NCBI GenBank assembly: GCA_951406725.2
Contig: OX597828.1
Span: 69,254,001-69,318,000, forward strand
Reading direction: 5' to 3'
Origin: Octopus vulgaris
Lineage: Eukaryota
DNA: 64,000 nucleotides
Part shown: positions 57,440 through 64,000 of the stretch, piece after piece
Layout of the letters: every line of letters starts with the position of its first letter
Position numbering within the stretch: position 1 is the stretch's first letter
Notes under the pieces: model-generated
Told to the model about the DNA's origin: nothing
The model's database searches: none
Seen by the model: only the letters and a program-made list of their open reading frames with translations
Translations under genes and position numbers: made by a program

Positions 57440-58310
57440 TGATATTTCCAGGCTCTCCGACACCGATGAGATTCCGGGTGCTGACCACGTTCCGTTTAAA
57501 ACATTTGTAGGTTAATAGCCGCAGGAAAGTCCGGAACAGGGAAGAGGAGATTCCAGAGGGATGGTTCTCTTGGGGGTGAGGAAGGAATGGATACCGTGGT
57601 TAGTGTGATGCCGGAGGGAGTTTGGCATAAAAGAAAAAGTGTTATGGGTGATGGAAGGGCGAATGAGCTGATTTCAACTGAGTGAGAGACCAGAACAGAA
57701 GCCGTAATGGTAGTGAGAGAAGTGAGAGGGAGAGAGAGGGAGAGAGAGGGATGGAGACGGAGAGAGAGAGAGAGAGAGAGAGGTGGAGAAATAGCATGAC
57801 TGTAGGTCAGAGGTTGGAGGGTGTGTCTGCTACTGATGGTGATGTCAGTGAACTTTCTCTGCATGTGATTCTGGATGTTAATGCTTGCAACAGTAGTAAA
57901 GTCCCGGATGTAGGGTCAGGGGTCCATTGTTGGTCCCACCTGAGTCTTGCAGAGGGTCGCAGCTAGATCTTCATTGGTAGTAAGACACAGCATTTGAGAG
58001 TAACACTCAGGGCTGAAGCTATCACTCATGTTTACTAGGGTGTGTGGTGGGGATGTTTTCTTAATATGAGATGGGGATTTTTTGCAGAGATAAGGTTGGC
58101 ATGGCTTCCCTGGAGGATGGTCCCAAAGTTTCCGTTTCCATTTATGGAATCACGGAAGGGTTGGTATGTGGTGTCTAGGTTGTGTGTAGATGCTGTATGG
58201 TGTTGTATGGTTCGGGAAAGTTTGGGAAAGAGTGAAGGATCGTTGTTATCTGCATAAGAATAGGCATTACTGAGTTTGGTGGAGGCAAGAAGGCGATTGG
58301 TGTATAAAAG
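57440..58310 (-). mobile_element. Degenerate CR1/L2-group LINE 3' fragment
   Basis: SNAYSYADN RT-like motif and LWNLL..DFPAAINLQMF C-terminus. Confidence 0.55.
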
Positions 58311-58312
58311 CC

Positions 58313-58697
58313 ACTTACACGTTAATTTCACGAGTAGGCTGTTCCGTTGATTCGGATCAACCAGAACCCTCGTCGTCGTAACCGACGGAGTGCTTCCATC
58401 AATTACTTCTAGATCAGGTTTCTGGTCGAAAGAAACCTTCTTCCCCGTAAAAAGTGGCCGAGCACACCAGAGACATGTGGACCCTTAACGTAGTTCCCAG
58501 GGAGATTCTGTGAGACACAGAATGTGACAAGGCTTGGTCCCTTCTGAATTACAGGTACAACTCATTTTCGCCGGCTGAGTTGACTGGGGCAGCAGGTAGT
58601 TTAGTATCTTTACTGCAGGACACAACGCGCCTCCTCCGGAATCGAACTCACAACCTTACGACTGTAAGCCGAACACCCTAATTGTTAAGCCACACGT
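58313..58697 (-). mobile_element. tRNA-derived SINE (fourth family)
   Basis: Head GTGTGGCTTAAC..GAGTTCGATTCC. Related fragments at ~16080-16290 and ~36890-37085. Confidence 0.7.
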
Positions 58698-59079
58698 TTT
58701 CACATAAAATACAGCAGAAGTGAGCAGTCGTCAGGTTTGTGGATGAGTGACTTGCAAAGAATGTGACATGTACAAACAAATTTGCGGTGGATAAATAAAA
58801 GGCTTGCGTATTAGTGTTGGAATATGGGATGCTGGTCAGTTTCAGTGTATAAGATGGAGAGTTAGTGTAACGCATTAGGGTTAAACCATAGGCAAATGTA
58901 TTACTATAAAGAAAGCAGATCAGATTTAATGTACAATCAGATCTCTACCGCTCGTAAATATAGGAACGGCAGTTAATCTTGTGCATTGCAATTAGACTGG
59001 CGACAATGGTGTCAAGCATAAGCAAGCGGTCAATTATCCATAAATAGAATAAAATATATAGAATGAGAAAAACACTTAC

Positions 59080-59091
59080 CGTGCCAAAATA
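59080..59091 (-). CDS. 12-nt microexon (YFGT)
   Basis: attattatatttcag | TATTTTGGCACG | GTAAGT. Confidence 0.65.
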
Positions 59092-59503
59092 CTGAAATAT
59101 AATAATTAAGAGATTGTAGTAAGAATATGCTTGTGTGTACATACATATATGTATGCAATCGATCAATGATAACATTACATCAATTTGAAATGAACTGCTC
59201 TCCTCAGAGCAGACGAGCTGGACGATTAAATAGAGCCACTTGAAACGGCCGTAACGCACTGATACCTGGACATCATTGTTACTAATTTGCTTTTTATTCA
59301 CCTAACTTCGAGCTGCGTGGACTATACCGAACTGGCTTGGTGCCTTAATATAAGTACCTAATCCAACTGAATCTTAATTATTTCTTTATATATATGTATA
59401 TATAAATATATATATATGTATATATACACATATATACATGCATGTGTGTGTATGCATGCATGTATGGATATATGTGTGTATATATATACATACATATATA
59501 TAT

Positions 59504-59548
<45 letters not shown>

Positions 59549-59675
59549 GTAAAGTGTGAAAAAACGACAGAAGGCTTAAATGTTAAAAAATATATATATT
59601 TGTGTTAAAATGTCTGGAGAATATTGGAAAAATTTTTTTTCCTTTCCTTAAAATGACATAATTTTAAAATTTTTA

Positions 59676-59715
59676 AAGAAATTACCGGTTTCGCGTGTAG
59701 CTTTTCAAATTTCTT
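59676..59715 (-). ncRNA. Minimal hammerhead ribozyme, U3-A8 variant, in the Penelope 3' UTR
   Basis: Reverse complement of 62369-62408. Confidence 0.7.
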
Positions 59716-59873
59716 GTGACGTTATGTTTATATTGCATGGAGTTATCGTTGTTTTTATTTCCAGGAGATTTCTAAATAAGGGGAGGTAGTGAGTGATTTC
59801 TTCCGGTGTAAGGGAGATAATCGCTTAAAAATTATTTTTTATTTATTTATTTATTTTTTTTCCCTTTTCCTTG

Positions 59874-61265
59874 TTAATTTCTCTGTGTCAGTATGTTCGG
59901 ATGGTTGAGTCTGGGTTTGTACTTTTCAATGAAGAATGTTTCCTTGTTCAGTCTCATTTGTGTTGATGATCCGAAAGCACATTGGTAAAATGGGAAGATT
60001 AAAAATTGTGGCAGTAGTTGCTTTGCGCATTTCTCAATGTGCTCACTAAAAGGTATCATTCTATATTCTGGGAATGCAATCTGTTGTCGATGCAGTGTGC
60101 ATCTACGCCTGAATGATAGTCCCGTGGAACCCACGTAGTCTTGGTGGCAGCCCGAGCATTTAATAACATAAATTATGTTTTCAGAGGCACAAGTAAAGTT
60201 AGATTTGATCTTAAATTTCTGTCCCTCTTTAAAGAAGAATTCTGATCCTTCCAATAGGTTAGGACATGTTGCACAGTTCGATCTACCACATTTTTTTACT
60301 TTTGCATCCGTAATTTTAGAAGACAATTTTGCCTTTGTGAGAATCTTTTTAAGTGATTTAGGCTGTTTGTAGCTTTTAATGATTTGGTGTATGTTTAGAA
60401 TTTCCTTTAATTTTGGGTTTTTATGAAGTATTGGTAAATTCTGGGTGATGATGGTGAAGGATTCTTTGTTTCTGGGGTTGTATGTAGATATGTAAGGTAG
60501 TATTTTCGGGGAGGGTGTGTTGTTGTGTTGAACTTTTCTTAAAGTTTCTATATTGATTTCTGTTGCACGTCTGATCCCATCCTCTATGAGTTGAGCTGGG
60601 TAATGTCTGTCAATTAGGGTGTTTTTGAGTTCTTGCAGTCTAAAGTTCCTGGTATTTTGTTCTGACACTATTGTGCATATCCTTCTTGCAAGGTTGAAGG
60701 GGATGTTTGTTTTAGTGTGTCTTGGGTGGCATGAATTAAAAAGAAGGTATTGTTTGGCGTCTGTGGCTTTGTAAAAAATGTCTGTTTCTATTTTAAGGTT
60801 AATTTTTTTAATTAGTATATCCAAGAACGGGAGCTCCTTTTGGTTGTATTCCATTGTGAACTGTATATTTGGGTTTATGCTGTTCAATAGGTTTTTAAAT
60901 TTTAGGAGTTTATCTATGTTTTCATTCCAGAGAATGAAACAATCGTCTAGGAATCGTTTCCAATTCTCTTTTATGTATTGAGAGAGGGAGTTTCCAAAGA
61001 TTGATAGAGATTCCTGGTAAATGATTATTTCCATGTATCCCATTGTTAAGTTCGCAATGACTGGTGCTGCCCTTGTACCCATAGCAATTCCGGATTTTTG
61101 ACGGTAAAATGTATTGTCAAACATGAAGTGGTTATTGTGTAGGATGAATTCAATTGATTTAGTAATGAATTCCTTACTGATCCTTTTTGGTATTTCTTCC
61201 GGAAATTGGTCTAACCAGAATTGTATTGCCTCCAGTCCATAATTATGAGGTATACTGGTATACAA
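59874..61265 (-). CDS. Penelope RT + GIY-YIG endonuclease, 5'-truncated
   Basis: SFDVVNLYTSIP, GIAMG, RFLDD, LPFLD RT motifs, CGRSNCATC linker and NIIYVIKCSGCHQDYVGSTG GIY-YIG. Confidence 0.95.
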   Translation of the reverse strand: MYTSIPHNYGLEAIQFWLDQFPEEIPKRISKEFITKSIEFILHNNHFMFDNTFYRQKSGIAMGTRAAPVIANLTMGYMEIIIYQESLSIFGNSLSQYIKENWKRFLDDCFILWNENIDKLLKFKNLLNSINPNIQFTMEYNQKELPFLDILIKKINLKIETDIFYKATDAKQYLLFNSCHPRHTKTNIPFNLARRICTIVSEQNTRNFRLQELKNTLIDRHYPAQLIEDGIRRATEINIETLRKVQHNNTPSPKILPYISTYNPRNKESFTIITQNLPILHKNPKLKEILNIHQIIKSYKQPKSLKKILTKAKLSSKITDAKVKKCGRSNCATCPNLLEGSEFFFKEGQKFKIKSNFTCASENIIYVIKCSGCHQDYVGSTGLSFRRRCTLHRQQIAFPEYRMIPFSEHIEKCAKQLLPQFLIFPFYQCAFGSSTQMRLNKETFFIEKYKPRLNHPNILTQRN

Positions 61266-61383
61266 GTTGACTACATCAAATGAAACCAGGATTGTTTTTT
61301 CCTTGGTTTTTTTTTGGAAGGTGGTTTGACATATCTAAGTCATCTCTGATATGGCTACTTATGGACATCCTCTTGAAACCCTT

Positions 61384-62209
61384 CCTTCAACCTTGCAAGA
61401 AGGATATGCACAATAGTGTCAGAACAAAATACCAGGAACTTTAGACTGCAAGAACTCAAAAACACCCTAATTGACAGACATTACCCAGCTCAACTCATAG
61501 AGGATGGGATCAGACGTGCAACAGAAATCAACATAGAAACTTTAAGAAAAGTTCAACACAACAACACACCTTCCCCGAAAATACTACCTTACATATCTAC
61601 ATACAACCCCAGAAACAAAGAAGCCTTCACCATCATCACCCAGAATTTACCAATACTTCATAAAAACCCAAAATTAAAGGAAATTCTAAACATACACCAA
61701 ATCATTAAAAGCTACAAACAGCCTAAATCACTTAAAAGATTCTCACAAAGGCAAAATTGTCTTCTAAAATTACGGATGCAAAAGTAAAAAAATGTGGTAG
61801 ATCGAACTGTGCAACATGTCCTAACCTATTGGAAGGATCAGAATTCTTCTTTAAAGAGGGACAGAAATTTAAGATCAAATCTAACTTTACTTGTGCCTCT
61901 GAAAACATAATTTATGTTATTAAATGCTCGGGCTGCCACCAAGACTACGTGGGTTCCACGGGACTATCACTCAGGCGTAGATGCACACTGCATCGACAAC
62001 AGATTGCATTCCCAGAATATAGAATGATACCTTTTAGTGAGCACATTGAGAAATGCGCAAAGCAACTACTGCCACAATTTTTAATCTTCCCATTTTACCA
62101 ATGTGCTTTCGGATCATCAACACAAATGAGACTGAACAAGGAAACATTCTTCATTGAAAAGTACAAACCCAGACTCAACCATCCGAACATACTGACACAG
62201 AGAAATTAA
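61384..62209 (+). pseudogene. Inverted partial Penelope ORF (thumb + GIY-YIG) with a 1-nt frameshift
   Basis: ORFs 61416-61787 and 61757-62209 repeat the C-terminus of 59874-61265. One A is missing at ~61735. Confidence 0.9.
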
Positions 62210-62368
62210 CAAGGAAAAGGAAAAAAAAAATAAATAAATAAATAAAAAATAATTTTTAAGCGATTATCTCCCTTACACCGGAAGAAATCACTCACTACCT
62301 CCCCTTATTTAGAAATCTCCTGGAAATAAAAACAACGATAACTCCATGCAATATAAACATAACGTCAC

Positions 62369-62408
62369 AAGAAATTTGAAAAGCTACACGCGAAACCGGT
62401 AATTTCTT
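62369..62408 (+). ncRNA. Minimal hammerhead ribozyme, U3-A8 variant
   Basis: AAGAAAT-TTGAAAA-GC-TACAC-GC-GAAAC-CG-GTA-ATTTCTT with a 7-bp stem I and palindromic ACCGGT. Confidence 0.7.
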
Positions 62409-62582
62409 TAAAAATTTTAAAATTATGTCATTTTAAGGAAAGGAAAAAAATTTTTCCAATATTCTCCAGACATTTTAACACAAATATATATATTTTTTAA
62501 CATTTAAGCCTTCTGTCGTTTTTTCACACTTTACTATTTTTTTATATATTCACCCACGTGCTTTACCAAACAAACTTTCTTA

Positions 62583-62618
<36 letters not shown>

Positions 62619-62829
62619 TGAGTGTACTTTTACCTTGTTAACAATTAACATTGGAAGCTGCGTGGACTATACCGAACTGGCTTGGTGCCTTAATATAAGT
62701 ACCTAATCCAACTGAATCTTAAATATTTCTTTATATATATGTATATATAAATATATATATAAATATATATATATTTATATATACACATATATATGTGTGT
62801 GTATGCATGCATGTATGAATATATGTGTG

Positions 62830-63620
<791 letters not shown>

Positions 63621-63633
63621 ATATGTATATATG

Positions 63634-63691
<58 letters not shown>

Positions 63692-64000
63692 GCGATCATT
63701 TCGTCACCTGACATGTGGCACCCCTTGCACCTGTACAGGTAATGTCAATCTGATGGAAGGAGTGAGCTTATGTCTACACAAGCATTTGATCACTATAAAC
63801 AAATCACCTGTGTGTGGATATTCGGTAAGAAATAGTGGAACACATACGTCTGAAGGACATCACCCTTTCCGGATTAAGTAACTCTTTTCCATTATATTAT
63901 TGTTCACTAACCACATTAATTATGATTCATGCAAAGAAGACGAAGATCGTTTTCTTACAATTCTTGTCTTTCTTCTCATTCCACTTTTTGTATCAACCTA

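Larger units (their letters stand above)
59542..62585. mobile_element. Young Penelope-like element (Neptune-type) as an inverted pair in (TA)n
   Basis: Minus copy 59542-61360 and plus copy 61384-62585. Arms 59542-60700 and 61384-62541 are nearly identical. Confidence 0.95.

Noticed and set aside
59264-59301. Upstream exon VNKKQISNNDVQ of the microexon locus
   Set aside because: There is no polypyrimidine tract, the donor is weak and the start cannot be placed.

Overview
Repeat-dense, AT-rich eukaryotic DNA. The SINE families, Dong/R4, Tx1, Hero, Penelope and mariner content and the microsatellite load point to a cephalopod, probably Octopus (inference). Almost every ORF in the supplied track is a microsatellite artefact or a transposon remnant. 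Two host genes can be read. (1) A small two-exon ZNF474-like zf-C2HC gene lies on the + strand at 1433-3077. (2) A minus-strand, multi-pass membrane-protein locus that the ORF track misses runs from about 59091 down to 34322. It has at least six 12-nt and one 15-nt microexon with canonical splice sites (YFGT, FNDV, VNDE, VKAA, LYVS, DFRK, DTDEY in phase 0), plus five phase-0 hydrophobic exons, two of them paralogous 108-nt exons. It weakly resembles TMBIM/Lifeguard proteins and is the strongest novelty candidate. The window also holds about ten hammerhead-ribozyme motifs tied to Penelope-like elements, including U3-A8 core variants. Several retroelement insertions consist of two 3' ends joined head to head, including a Penelope foldback with ~1.16-kb arms. 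One SINE tail appears borrowed from a Tx1-like LINE. All calls were made by eye, with no database search or folding computation.
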